From positions 1-64,000 of IMG/VR virus record IMGVR_UViG_3300042308_000967: a stretch of DNA of 64,000 bases; one strand, written 5' to 3'. How positions within the stretch are numbered: the first letter of the stretch is position 1; each line of letters opens with the position of its first letter. The notes under the pieces are model-generated. The model made no database searches. It saw only the letters and a program-made list of their open reading frames with translations, and had not been told where the DNA came from. Positions 8,627 to 17,343 of the stretch are shown here, one piece after another. The DNA comes from an uncultured virus (IMG/VR IMGVR_UViG_3300042308_000967) (Duplodnaviria > Heunggongvirae > Uroviricota > Caudoviricetes). The position numbers and the translations under genes are program-made.

Positions 8627-8629
8627 AAT
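8601..8629 (+). promoter_or_regulatory. sigma70-type promoter for gp32
   Basis: TTGACA, 17 nt spacer, TAGAAT. Confidence 0.8.
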
Positions 8630-8675
8630 AACGAGGTACACAAAAGCCAAATCCTAATTAATCCGAGGTAATCTA

Positions 8676-9617
8676 ATGTCTTTTTCAGATCTTAAAAAGC
8701 AATCTAAACTTGGTTCTCTCACTTCCAAACTTGTAAAGGAAGTTGAGAAGATGAGCAACACTTCTGGTGGCGCTGATGAGCGTCTCTGGAAACCTGAGAT
8801 GGATAAAACTGGAAACGGTTTTGCTGTTATTCGTTTCTTGCCCGCTCCCGAAGGAGAAGATGTTCCTTGGGCAAAGATGTATTCTCACGGTTTTCAAGGT
8901 CCTGGTGGTTGGTATATTGAAAACTCTCTGACCACTATGGGTCAGAAAGATCCTGTATCCGAACACAATCGCAAACTGTGGAACAGTGGTAGCGATAAGG
9001 ATAAAGAAACTGTTCGCAAGCAAAAGCGTAAACTGTCTTATTACAGCAATATCTACGTTGTAAAAGATCCTACAAATCCACAAAACGAAGGTAAAGTCTT
9101 CCTCTTCAAATATGGTAAGAAGATCTTTGATAAGATCATGGAAGCAATGCAACCTGAGTTTGAAGATGAAACTCCTATTAATCCTTTTGACTTCTGGCAG
9201 GGTGCTAATTTCAAACTCAAAATCGTAAAGAAAGATGGGTATTGGAACTACGACAAGTCAGAATTTGGTTCTGTTGAACCACTACTGGATGATGACGATG
9301 CTCTGGAAGCCATCTGGAAGAAAGAGTATTCTCTGGCAGCAGTAATTGCTCCTGATCAATTCAAGTCCTATGAAGAACTTGATGCACGTCTGAATGCTGT
9401 TCTTGGTCTTCAGACTCCTACTCGCTCTCGTGCTGTAGTTGAACAGGAAGACGATTTGGAGGAGTATACACAAACTCCTACCGCTCAGGATCGTGTGGTA
9501 GAAGAACTGGAGCAATCTTATGCTCGCTCTAAGTCTCCTTCACTGCCTACTATCAATTCTTCTGATGAAGATGAAGACGATGCGCTTTCGTATTTTCAAC
9601 GCTTGGCAGAAGATTGA
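8676..9617 (+). CDS. gp32: single-stranded DNA-binding protein gp32
   Basis: DERLWKP..GNGFAVIRFLP, WYIENSLTT, YGKKIFDKI, acidic tail ending YFQRLAED. Confidence 0.96.
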   Translation: MSFSDLKKQSKLGSLTSKLVKEVEKMSNTSGGADERLWKPEMDKTGNGFAVIRFLPAPEGEDVPWAKMYSHGFQGPGGWYIENSLTTMGQKDPVSEHNRKLWNSGSDKDKETVRKQKRKLSYYSNIYVVKDPTNPQNEGKVFLFKYGKKIFDKIMEAMQPEFEDETPINPFDFWQGANFKLKIVKKDGYWNYDKSEFGSVEPLLDDDDALEAIWKKEYSLAAVIAPDQFKSYEELDARLNAVLGLQTPTRSRAVVEQEDDLEEYTQTPTAQDRVVEELEQSYARSKSPSLPTINSSDEDEDDALSYFQRLAED

Positions 9618-10286
9618 TTAGGTATATAACCTAATATTATCTCCTTTCTTAAGGTTCTCGGAAACATATTGCTGAGAACCTTTTTTATATGGCATAATCT
9701 CTTCCATATCATTAAACACTACGTTTAGATATGTTGGTTTCAATATAAAAATATTTCTCTTATCATCTTGTAATTTCTGTTCATACTCAAAGTTAGTAAC
9801 TGCTCTAGTGAAGTTTCTTTGAGTTACTTGTCTTCCTAAAATATCATCATAATAAGTTGTTGTGAAGTTTGATGGAACTTGTAGACCAGCAGGAATAATT
9901 AAGATTCCATTCGTATTTTTAATTTCATTCGTTTCATAATGATGAACTGCATAGATCTGATCATAGGATCCATACTTTTCTAAAAGGAAATTATCAAATC
10001 CTTGTTGACTTAATGGCCATTCGGTTTGAACATTAAGAATGTTATTTGAGAGAAGTACAACCCAATCTAGAGTTTCGTCATCATAAACTTTGTATGCAAC
10101 ATTATCTGGTCTCTCGTTTCCAATGATTTTATATTTTGTGAAGAACTGTAGATTTCCAAAAATATCTTCACGTAGTTTTCCGCGCTTGAATAAATTCTTT
10201 ACGGTAATATAATCAGATATACTTTGTGAATTTGGTAATCTGCTGACGTACTGAAAATCTGGAACTTGACGGAAGTAACTTGCCAT
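9618..10286 (-). CDS. gp53: baseplate wedge subunit gp53
   Basis: YFRQVP, ERPDNVAYKVY..WVVLLSNNI..EWP, HHYET. Confidence 0.88.
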   Translation of the reverse strand: MASYFRQVPDFQYVSRLPNSQSISDYITVKNLFKRGKLREDIFGNLQFFTKYKIIGNERPDNVAYKVYDDETLDWVVLLSNNILNVQTEWPLSQQGFDNFLLEKYGSYDQIYAVHHYETNEIKNTNGILIIPAGLQVPSNFTTTYYDDILGRQVTQRNFTRAVTNFEYEQKLQDDKRNIFILKPTYLNVVFNDMEEIMPYKKGSQQYVSENLKKGDNIRLYT

Positions 10287-10287
10287 A

Positions 10288-11706
10288 TTAGAAACCTATA
10301 TCTCCTTTGTTTAATCCTGAATTGAAGTAATCGTCCTCATAGATTGGTTCAAGTTCGCCAAATCTTAGAGTTAGTTGATATGATGTCATTGTTTTTCCAC
10401 TATCATTGAATGTCATATAAGTTCCATCTGGCGTATAATCAACATCACATCCAAGAAGAGCACAATCTTTAATTCTATTTAATGACGGATGATCCTTTGA
10501 ACCAGAAATGTATTTTATTTGAAAGATGTTCGGTGCCTTTAAAAATACTGTAGTATTAGAAGTTTTGACCGACATTCCCTGTTTAAAAAACCTAATAATT
10601 TTTTTTACATTTTCTGCTTCTTTAGCACTTCTTGGTGAAAGTCTAAATGTAAAATTAAAATTTCTTAATGTTGGTCCATTAAAAAGTAATTCTAAATTTG
10701 GGTTTAAAATTGCTCCAGTTGTTCTTGATAATAATCCTTGAATACCGACTGCCTCTTGTGCTAAATATAATTTAAAAGCATTTTGCAAATCTTTATTATT
10801 TTTTAGTTCTTTTAAATTTTGAGAAACTTTTCCGAATATATCAGATGCCAAATCTGCTACACTACCATTTTCGTCCATAGCACCTCTTGCTATGGATGCT
10901 GCATATGCTTGAATTGGATTAAGTGGTGTTCCTCCCCATTCCACTCCATTACTATCACTAATAGAAGGTTGAATAGGTAGCGTAACTGTTCCTACTATTT
11001 CTGTCCCTCTTCTTGTAGTGGCACCGGGACCCGAAATTTTTGTATTTCCAATTGTTTCTTCTGATATTGCGCCTAGACTTCTGCCTACATATCTAAACAT
11101 CTTAAATTGAATACAATCTTGTGTATCTAAATTTAATTTGAAAGGATATCTTAAATCATCAATGCTTCCATAATTAGTTTCTATTTTTTCAGTATTATCT
11201 GATAGCTCTTTATTTCCATCATTTATTTCTAAATTTGCTGGATTGACGTTATCGAGATTAACCGATTCTTTAGTTGTAGTTCCTAGTGGTTCAGGTTGGT
11301 TTGGATCAGATCCTATAGGAGCTTTATTAGGTGCAACTTGTAAGATTTGTGTGGCTTGTTGTTTAGTTACTCCAGCAGATTTACTTAGTGCATTTGTTGT
11401 TGCATCATCTAAAGAAGTGGTTAAACTACTTGGACTATTTTCAATAAGTGCTTTTTGAAATCCAGTTCCAGCAGCAGGCGTAAAAATCCAATTATTTTTA
11501 TTTGTTACATCTCTTTCTCCTAAATTAGTCCAATTCGTTAAAGGAGTAAAAGGTTCTGGTCTATATTGAACAGTGTATCTAATTGGTGCTGTCGTACTTA
11601 AAGTTCCCTGAACTCCAAGTCCGGTTTGATATTCAGTTGCTGTTCTAACCTGATATTTTTTTCCTTCTATGGTTATTATTTTTTCTCCACTAAAAGCTGA
11701 TGCCAT
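10288..11706 (-). CDS. gp48: baseplate tail-tube cap gp48
   Basis: LRYP, NPNLELLFNGPTLRNFNFTF, PRSAKEA, VDYTPDG, LRFGELEP. Confidence 0.88.
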   Translation of the reverse strand: MASAFSGEKIITIEGKKYQVRTATEYQTGLGVQGTLSTTAPIRYTVQYRPEPFTPLTNWTNLGERDVTNKNNWIFTPAAGTGFQKALIENSPSSLTTSLDDATTNALSKSAGVTKQQATQILQVAPNKAPIGSDPNQPEPLGTTTKESVNLDNVNPANLEINDGNKELSDNTEKIETNYGSIDDLRYPFKLNLDTQDCIQFKMFRYVGRSLGAISEETIGNTKISGPGATTRRGTEIVGTVTLPIQPSISDSNGVEWGGTPLNPIQAYAASIARGAMDENGSVADLASDIFGKVSQNLKELKNNKDLQNAFKLYLAQEAVGIQGLLSRTTGAILNPNLELLFNGPTLRNFNFTFRLSPRSAKEAENVKKIIRFFKQGMSVKTSNTTVFLKAPNIFQIKYISGSKDHPSLNRIKDCALLGCDVDYTPDGTYMTFNDSGKTMTSYQLTLRFGELEPIYEDDYFNSGLNKGDIGF

Positions 11707-11768
11707 CAGAAATCTCTCCCGTTTACAAGGTGAGCCAGTATCTCAAGTTTTTGTAAAGTAAGAGACAT
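11706..11768 (-). CDS. possible 20-aa leader ORF coupled to gp48
   Basis: MSLTLQKLEILAHLVNGRDF*. TGATG overlap with the gp48 start, downstream of TAAATA late-promoter motifs. Confidence 0.4.
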   Translation of the reverse strand: MSLTLQKLEILAHLVNGRDF

Positions 11769-11785
11769 TTATAGATGTTTTTTAT

Positions 11786-12172
11786 TTATTTAGTTCTGAA
11801 TTTTGCATATTGAAGAGAACGAAAATAATCAATTTCATTTGGTTTGATTTCTAATAGTCTACTATTAACTTCAAACCAGGTGTAGTTTCTAACTGTTCCC
11901 CAATGAAAATTAAGACCACGAAATCCCCACTTTTCGATGGAAAGAGTTGCAATTAGTGGAAATTCGTCATATCTTAATCCTTTTGTTTTTGCTGAGTATA
12001 TGAAGGTATAATATTTTCCAACGTCAGGAACAAAGTCTCCTTCACGAAAGACTTCCATGATAGTCATCATAATATCATCAGGTTTGGTATATTTGTATTT
12101 CTTTAGTTTCGCTTTTAGTTCATTAACTCTTTTTGAACTTGATTCAATATATTGACCGAAACCTTTTGCCAT
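11786..12172 (-). CDS. gp2: DNA end protector gp2-like
   Basis: GKYYTFIYSAKT..YDEFPLI..GFRGLNFHW. Synteny with gp4. Confidence 0.75.
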   Translation of the reverse strand: MAKGFGQYIESSSKRVNELKAKLKKYKYTKPDDIMMTIMEVFREGDFVPDVGKYYTFIYSAKTKGLRYDEFPLIATLSIEKWGFRGLNFHWGTVRNYTWFEVNSRLLEIKPNEIDYFRSLQYAKFRTK

Positions 12173-12615
12173 TACTTAATACCTAGATTATCTTCTGTGA
12201 TAATTTTGAATCCTATCATTCTATCAGCACAAAATTCTTTTGCTGCCTCCCACTTTGCTTGATTGACTGCATAAGTTTTTGCTTCGTGTATGTATGATTT
12301 TGTCACTCTTGATTTTTTCTGTGGAGGAACAGTTTGTTTCTTTGGTTTTACTTCAATCACATAAGTTTTAATTTCGCCAGTTTGCTCTTTAACTTTGATA
12401 ATAAAGTCTGGAAAATACTTATGAACTCTATTATCAATTGGTGATATGTAAGGAATGTAAAATTCTTCACTGCCCCAAGAAATTATATGCTCACTTAAAT
12501 CGCACCAACGACAAAACTTTCGTTCCCAACTACTTCTACAAATAATATTGTTGGGATTCCCTTTGTATTTTTGAGGATACTCTGGTTTGTATTTGCTCTT
12601 AATACTTTCTGCCAT
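12172..12615 (-). CDS. gp4: head completion nuclease gp4
   Basis: KYKG..IICRSSWE, WGSEE, YFPDF, IEVKP, NQAKWEAA. Confidence 0.93.
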   Translation of the reverse strand: MAESIKSKYKPEYPQKYKGNPNNIICRSSWERKFCRWCDLSEHIISWGSEEFYIPYISPIDNRVHKYFPDFIIKVKEQTGEIKTYVIEVKPKKQTVPPQKKSRVTKSYIHEAKTYAVNQAKWEAAKEFCADRMIGFKIITEDNLGIK

Positions 12616-12645
12616 TATCCAGACTACATAATATATCAGTAGAAA

Positions 12646-12653
12646 TATTTATA
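12646..12653 (-). promoter_or_regulatory. T4-type late promoter for the gp4 operon
   Basis: TATAAATA on the minus strand, about 30 nt upstream of gp4. Confidence 0.7.
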
Positions 12654-12658
12654 GATAG

Positions 12659-13513
12659 ATGCCTTCGCCATCACCAAGACCTAGAACAGTATCTGAGTTA
12701 AAGTCATCTATATTAAATCCCGCATTAACTTCTCACTTTGAGTGCTCTTTTAATCCGCCGCAACCTGTAAGAGATTGGGTTAATTTGCATAGAAACAATG
12801 CGGGACTTGGAAATGGTTATGGATTTGAAATTAGTGGATCGTCTGCAGAGTTCTTTAACCTATCTTGTTCCGATGCATCATTACCTGGTTCTTCATTAGC
12901 AACTCATGAAATTAATAATGACTTCACCGGAGTAACTGAAAGGCACGTATACAGAAGACAGTATGATGATAGAGCAGACTTTACTTTCTATGTTGATCAT
13001 GATTATAATATAATTTTCTTTTTTGAGAATTGGATGTCTTACATTGTAAACGAACAGTATACTAATGTTGCGACTGGAGTTCCAAATGCAGGAATAGAAT
13101 TGCCTAATTTTAATTACAGAGTTAATTTTCCTGGATTAGGAGATGGTGATGGATATAAAACAACAATATATCTTAAAAAATTTGAGAGAGACTACACCGG
13201 AAGAGTATTGCAGTATAGATTTTTGAATGCATATCCAATTAGTATTAATTCAATGCCAGTTTCTTATGATTCATCTCAATTACTAAAATGCACTGTCTCC
13301 TTTAATTATTCAAGATATATTGTTGGTGGTGGTGATATTCTTGTTCCACCAAAACAAGAGCAAACTCCAACACAACAAGCTGAACAGCAAGCAGTACAAC
13401 AAGCACCTGCTTCTTCTCCAGGAAATCCAGTAGTTCCTGATGAATTAGTTGAGTATGGAGTATGGCCTAGACCGTTGACAAATTATGCTGGGCAACGTCT
13501 ATTTCCAGACTAA
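12659..13513 (+). CDS. tail tube-like / baseplate tube initiator (gp19/gp54 family)
   Basis: CSDASLPG, FTFYVD, FFENWM, NAYPISINSMPVSY..CTVSFNY. Confidence 0.75.
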   Translation: MPSPSPRPRTVSELKSSILNPALTSHFECSFNPPQPVRDWVNLHRNNAGLGNGYGFEISGSSAEFFNLSCSDASLPGSSLATHEINNDFTGVTERHVYRRQYDDRADFTFYVDHDYNIIFFFENWMSYIVNEQYTNVATGVPNAGIELPNFNYRVNFPGLGDGDGYKTTIYLKKFERDYTGRVLQYRFLNAYPISINSMPVSYDSSQLLKCTVSFNYSRYIVGGGDILVPPKQEQTPTQQAEQQAVQQAPASSPGNPVVPDELVEYGVWPRPLTNYAGQRLFPD

Positions 13514-13543
13514 ATAATCATACTGAAACTTCTATAGGTTATT

Positions 13544-14263
13544 ATGCCTTTACCAAAGATCTCTACGCCAACACATGAGTTGGAACTACCTTCTACTGGG
13601 CAAACGATTCAGTATCGCCCTTTTCTTGTGCGAGAAGAAAAACTTCTTGTATTAGCACTTGAAAGTGAGAATACCAAAGAAATTACAACAGCAATTAAGA
13701 ACGTTATTAAGAATTGTATTCAAACAAAAGGAGTAAAGGTAGAATCGCTACCTACTTTTGATATTGAGTATCTTTTCCTTAATATTCGCGGTAAATCTGT
13801 TGGAGAAGAGATTGAAGTTAATATTGTTTGTCCAGATGATGGAGAAACTTATGTTCCAGTGAAGATTGATATTGATGAAATTAAAGTGCAAAAAAATGAA
13901 GAGCATACAACTAAAATTCAAGTAGATCAATCTATCGTGATGGAAATGAAGTATCCGTCATTGGATCAATTCATTAAAAATAACTTTGATTTTAATGAAA
14001 ACAATTCAATGGATCAGTCATTTGATCTAGTTGCTTCTTGTGTAGACAAGATTTATAATGAAGAAGAAGTCTGGTCTGCTGCTGATGTAACAAAGAAAGA
14101 ACTGATTGAGTTTTTGGATCAAATGAACTCATCTCAATTCAAACAGATTGAAAAGTTCTTTGAAACAATGCCAAAACTTTCTCATACTGTTAAAGTCAAG
14201 AATCCAAATACTGAAGTTGAAAGTGAAGTTGTGTTGGAGGGTTTGTCCAGTTTTTTCGCATAG
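13544..14263 (+). CDS. gp26: baseplate hub subunit gp26
   Basis: MPLPKI..YRPFLVREEK, FDIEYLFLNIRGKSVGE, FFETMPKL, LEGLSSFF. Confidence 0.9.
   Translation: MPLPKISTPTHELELPSTGQTIQYRPFLVREEKLLVLALESENTKEITTAIKNVIKNCIQTKGVKVESLPTFDIEYLFLNIRGKSVGEEIEVNIVCPDDGETYVPVKIDIDEIKVQKNEEHTTKIQVDQSIVMEMKYPSLDQFIKNNFDFNENNSMDQSFDLVASCVDKIYNEEEVWSAADVTKKELIEFLDQMNSSQFKQIEKFFETMPKLSHTVKVKNPNTEVESEVVLEGLSSFFA
14236..14257 (+). promoter_or_regulatory. candidate -1 programmed frameshift signal
   Basis: Internal SD GGAGG (14236-40), 10 nt spacer, slippery T-TTT-TTC (14251-57). The -1 frame runs into gp51. Confidence 0.65.
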
Positions 14264-14280
14264 GACTTTGTTATATAGAT

Positions 14281-14436
14281 TTGGAAAATTATTACAAACT
14301 TAATTTTTCATTGATGCAATACCATAAATGGAGTTTATGGGAAATTGAAGGACTGATGCCTTGGGAAAGAGATGTTTATGTTTCTTTATTAAAAAATTAC
14401 TTGGAAGAAGAAAAAGCAAAACAACAGCAACAATAG
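14281..14436 (+). CDS. gp51: baseplate hub assembly protein gp51-like (no clear ATG start, probably reached by frameshift)
   Basis: DLENYYKLNFSLMQYHKWSLWEIEGLMPWERDVYVSLLKNYLEEEK. Read manually. Frame is open from the slippery site. Confidence 0.82.
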   Translation: MENYYKLNFSLMQYHKWSLWEIEGLMPWERDVYVSLLKNYLEEEKAKQQQQ

Positions 14437-14451
14437 TAATAATAATTTAAA

Positions 14452-15111
14452 TTAATTAATTTGAATTCTATTTGCAGGATCAATTCCTCTTTTTTTCTGG
14501 TATCTTGTTAATGGTCCCGCAGTGCTTATGAAATTACTTATGGTGCATTTATATTTTTTGCTATTTGTTATATTTGCACCTTTTATTCCGTCTTCTCTCA
14601 TTTGTTCTTTTGTTCTATCAAAATATCCAATTTTTAGATCTTTTACTTTATAACCACCACTTCTTCCATCTAATATTTTTTGGTTTTTATTTCTAGCAAA
14701 AATTCCTTTTTTTAATTTTTTTACTTTTTCTCCGGATTTTTTTCTTGCTTTTTGTTTTTCTTCTTCAGTTATTCCGTATATTCCTTTTTTTAAATTTAGA
14801 CTATTAAATCCATTCTTTCTTTTTGTATCTAGTGAAAAATTTCCACCGCATCCTTCATTCAAACACCAAGGATCATTAAGAACTGGTTTTATCAATCTAT
14901 CCTCTACCTTTCTACATTTTTCATAACCCTCATCAGAGTAATCAAATATCTCTAATATCTGTTTCTTTGGAGTATAAAGTTCCCAACCCCATTTGTTTGT
15001 TTTAGGTGAACCCCAGTACTCTTGATTATAATATTTTTCTTTTTTACTTCCATAGTAATAATACGGAACTTCTTCAAAGGTAATCTTATACGTATAGATA
15101 CATGGTTTCAT
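14452..15111 (-). CDS. GIY-YIG (Seg-like) homing endonuclease
   Basis: IYTYKITF..YYYYGSK, YWGSP, conserved E, CLNEGCGG, repeated basic C-terminal motifs. Confidence 0.8.
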   Translation of the reverse strand: MKPCIYTYKITFEEVPYYYYGSKKEKYYNQEYWGSPKTNKWGWELYTPKKQILEIFDYSDEGYEKCRKVEDRLIKPVLNDPWCLNEGCGGNFSLDTKRKNGFNSLNLKKGIYGITEEEKQKARKKSGEKVKKLKKGIFARNKNQKILDGRSGGYKVKDLKIGYFDRTKEQMREDGIKGANITNSKKYKCTISNFISTAGPLTRYQKKRGIDPANRIQIN

Positions 15112-15205
15112 AATTCTACTCTAGATGTCTGCATTTATATTTATAAAATAGAGGGAATTTCACCCTCTTCCTGAAGTTTGCAGACATCCAGGTATCGTTA
15201 TTTAT
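15109..15205 (-). ncRNA. structured leader / candidate antisense sRNA module of the endonuclease
   Basis: Minus strand order: ATAAATA, stem CCUGGA/UUCAGG, terminator AGAGGG/CCCUCU plus U-tract, TATAAATA, UGCAGACAUC (complement of the first loop), ATG. Confidence 0.55.
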
Positions 15206-15220
15206 GCTGTTGATAAATAT

Positions 15221-15268
15221 AATTATCTAGAAGAAGAAAAAGAAAAGCAGCAACAAAATGGGACCTGA
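15221..15268 (+). pseudogene. orphaned original 3' end of gp51 (NYLEEEKEKQQQNGT*)
   Basis: Recoded duplicate of NYLEEEKAKQQQQ* at 14395-14436, overlapping the next gene start. Confidence 0.7.
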
Positions 15269-17339
15269 CGAACTAGACGATCTACTGGCAAGTATTAGAG
15301 CGGAATCTAAAAGAGAATCCGCTTCAACTTTGTATGAAGGAACTGCAGAAGAGGATCTTGTAAACGAAGAAGTAGATGAAAGAGTTTTAACTTTACTTGG
15401 TCTTAATGAAGTTTTTGATATTGATTATGGAACTTATATCTCTCTTTTAAAAGAAAAATTAGTTGCGTCTAGAAATTTTGATAAAAAACTTTCCACTGAA
15501 GAAGATGAGTTATTAGTTGGAGAGTTTAAAAGAGTAAAAGGAAAAGTAGGTAAATTCAAATTAAAAAGAAAGAAAGTTACTTCGGATAATATTGGAGTAA
15601 CTGGTCCTATTCGTGTATCATCAGACAAGTTTTTATTGACTGGAAAGGCAATAGTTCCAGAAACTGCTCCAGCAGAAACTTCTAGTGACATCGTAGATAT
15701 TCAGAAAGCATTAGATAATATTCTAAAAAATCTTTCACTCCAAAATAAAGAAAAGAAAAAGGCGAGTGAAGATGAGAGAAAGAAGAGTGAAGATAGAAGA
15801 AGAAAAAAAAGAGAAGGTGATTTAGAAAAACCGCTTACACAACTAAAGGCACTTGCAAAGAAAATCATTGCACCCGCTCAAGGTATTCTTGATCGTATTT
15901 TCAGGTTTATTAAATTCACTTTACTTGGTTATGCTTTTAATCAGTTAATAAAATGGTTTAATGATCCTAAAAATGCTGACAAAATAAAAGTACTTGGTAG
16001 GTTTTTAAAGGATTGGTGGCCTTCATTACTTTCTGCTTATGTATTATTTGCAACTCCATTTGGTAAGTTCATACGTGGAACTCTTAAAATGTTAAGAGGA
16101 TTTATTCCTCAAATTGCAAGATTCATTGCGGCAAATCCAGTTTTGGTAGCAACTGCGGCAGCAGGAGTAGGTGCTTATGTAATATCTCAAAAAAATGAGT
16201 CATATAGAGAGGAACTTAAAAAAACCCAACCGTCTATTGTCACTCCAAAGGAAACTAAAGAAACTGGAAAGACGCCTGGAGTTCCTCAACTACAGCAAGA
16301 ACAAGTGTTCCAAAGAGGATTGGGTGGAGCATTTAAAGGTGGAGGTATTGTTCCTAGAATTAGAAAGTCTTTCTTTGGTGGTGGTTTAATCCAAAGAGAA
16401 ATAGATGCAAGAGATATTGCATTTGAAGGTGGTGGTGGAATTAGTGATGATACAGGTGTAAGAATTAAAGGTGCAGGTGTTGATACGCAACTGATTGCTG
16501 CAAGACCTGGTGAAGTCGTAATGTCAAAAGAAGCAGTTGACAAATATGGTGCAAACTTCTTCTTGGATCTAAACAAAAAAGGTGGTGGAACTGGTGTTCC
16601 AAGAATGGTAAACAATATTCAACTTGCTGCTGGAGGTGGATTAATTAAGAGAACAATTAAGTCCTATCAAGGTGGTGGAATGATTGGTTCTCTTGGTAGA
16701 GTTCTTCCTGGAACAGGAAGTGTTATGGCACCTAGAGGTATGAATCTTGGATATCAAAATAAGTTTTTAGGAATGAATGTTGGTGGAGTAAAAAATCTAC
16801 CACTCAATCAAACATATTCCCCAGATGCGGTCAAGAGATATAATGCAAATTCAAGTGCTCCAAGTTCTTTAGTTAAATTTGGAACTGGACCCCTTGCAGA
16901 AAGATCTGTAAGTATTCCAAAATCATCTTCATCTAAAAACTCTTTTGCAATACCACCAAGTAGTGTTTCTAGACCACCAATGTCAAAACCACCGACTGGT
17001 CTTAATTTGAATCTGAAGCAAAATATTCAAACCATTCGTGATGCTTCAAACAGACAAGAAAAGATGATGAGAGAACTTGGTGTTGAACCTGATGGATATG
17101 TAAATCTCCGTGGACAACCTCTTAATCTTGGTCCACAAAGTCGCTCTATGGCACCTCCAGGACCTCCTGTAATCTATACAAAGACAACTTATACAGTTCT
17201 TCCACCAATTAAAGCACCAACTAAGACGCCTGCAATTGCAAGAGGTTCTAAAATTCCAGAATTTTCAGTTTCAAGTGTCAATGATACACGCTCAAAAAAT
17301 GCTTCAATTTTAGGAATTGCTGATCTTATAGGAGCATAA
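15258..17339 (+). CDS. tape-measure-like / virion structural protein
   Basis: 693 aa with coiled-coil, amphipathic and Gly-rich blocks (GGG..DTQLIAARPGEVVM). Follows gp26/gp51. Confidence 0.65.
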   Translation: MGPDELDDLLASIRAESKRESASTLYEGTAEEDLVNEEVDERVLTLLGLNEVFDIDYGTYISLLKEKLVASRNFDKKLSTEEDELLVGEFKRVKGKVGKFKLKRKKVTSDNIGVTGPIRVSSDKFLLTGKAIVPETAPAETSSDIVDIQKALDNILKNLSLQNKEKKKASEDERKKSEDRRRKKREGDLEKPLTQLKALAKKIIAPAQGILDRIFRFIKFTLLGYAFNQLIKWFNDPKNADKIKVLGRFLKDWWPSLLSAYVLFATPFGKFIRGTLKMLRGFIPQIARFIAANPVLVATAAAGVGAYVISQKNESYREELKKTQPSIVTPKETKETGKTPGVPQLQQEQVFQRGLGGAFKGGGIVPRIRKSFFGGGLIQREIDARDIAFEGGGGISDDTGVRIKGAGVDTQLIAARPGEVVMSKEAVDKYGANFFLDLNKKGGGTGVPRMVNNIQLAAGGGLIKRTIKSYQGGGMIGSLGRVLPGTGSVMAPRGMNLGYQNKFLGMNVGGVKNLPLNQTYSPDAVKRYNANSSAPSSLVKFGTGPLAERSVSIPKSSSSKNSFAIPPSSVSRPPMSKPPTGLNLNLKQNIQTIRDASNRQEKMMRELGVEPDGYVNLRGQPLNLGPQSRSMAPPGPPVIYTKTTYTVLPPIKAPTKTPAIARGSKIPEFSVSSVNDTRSKNASILGIADLIGA

Positions 17340-17343
17340 TAAG

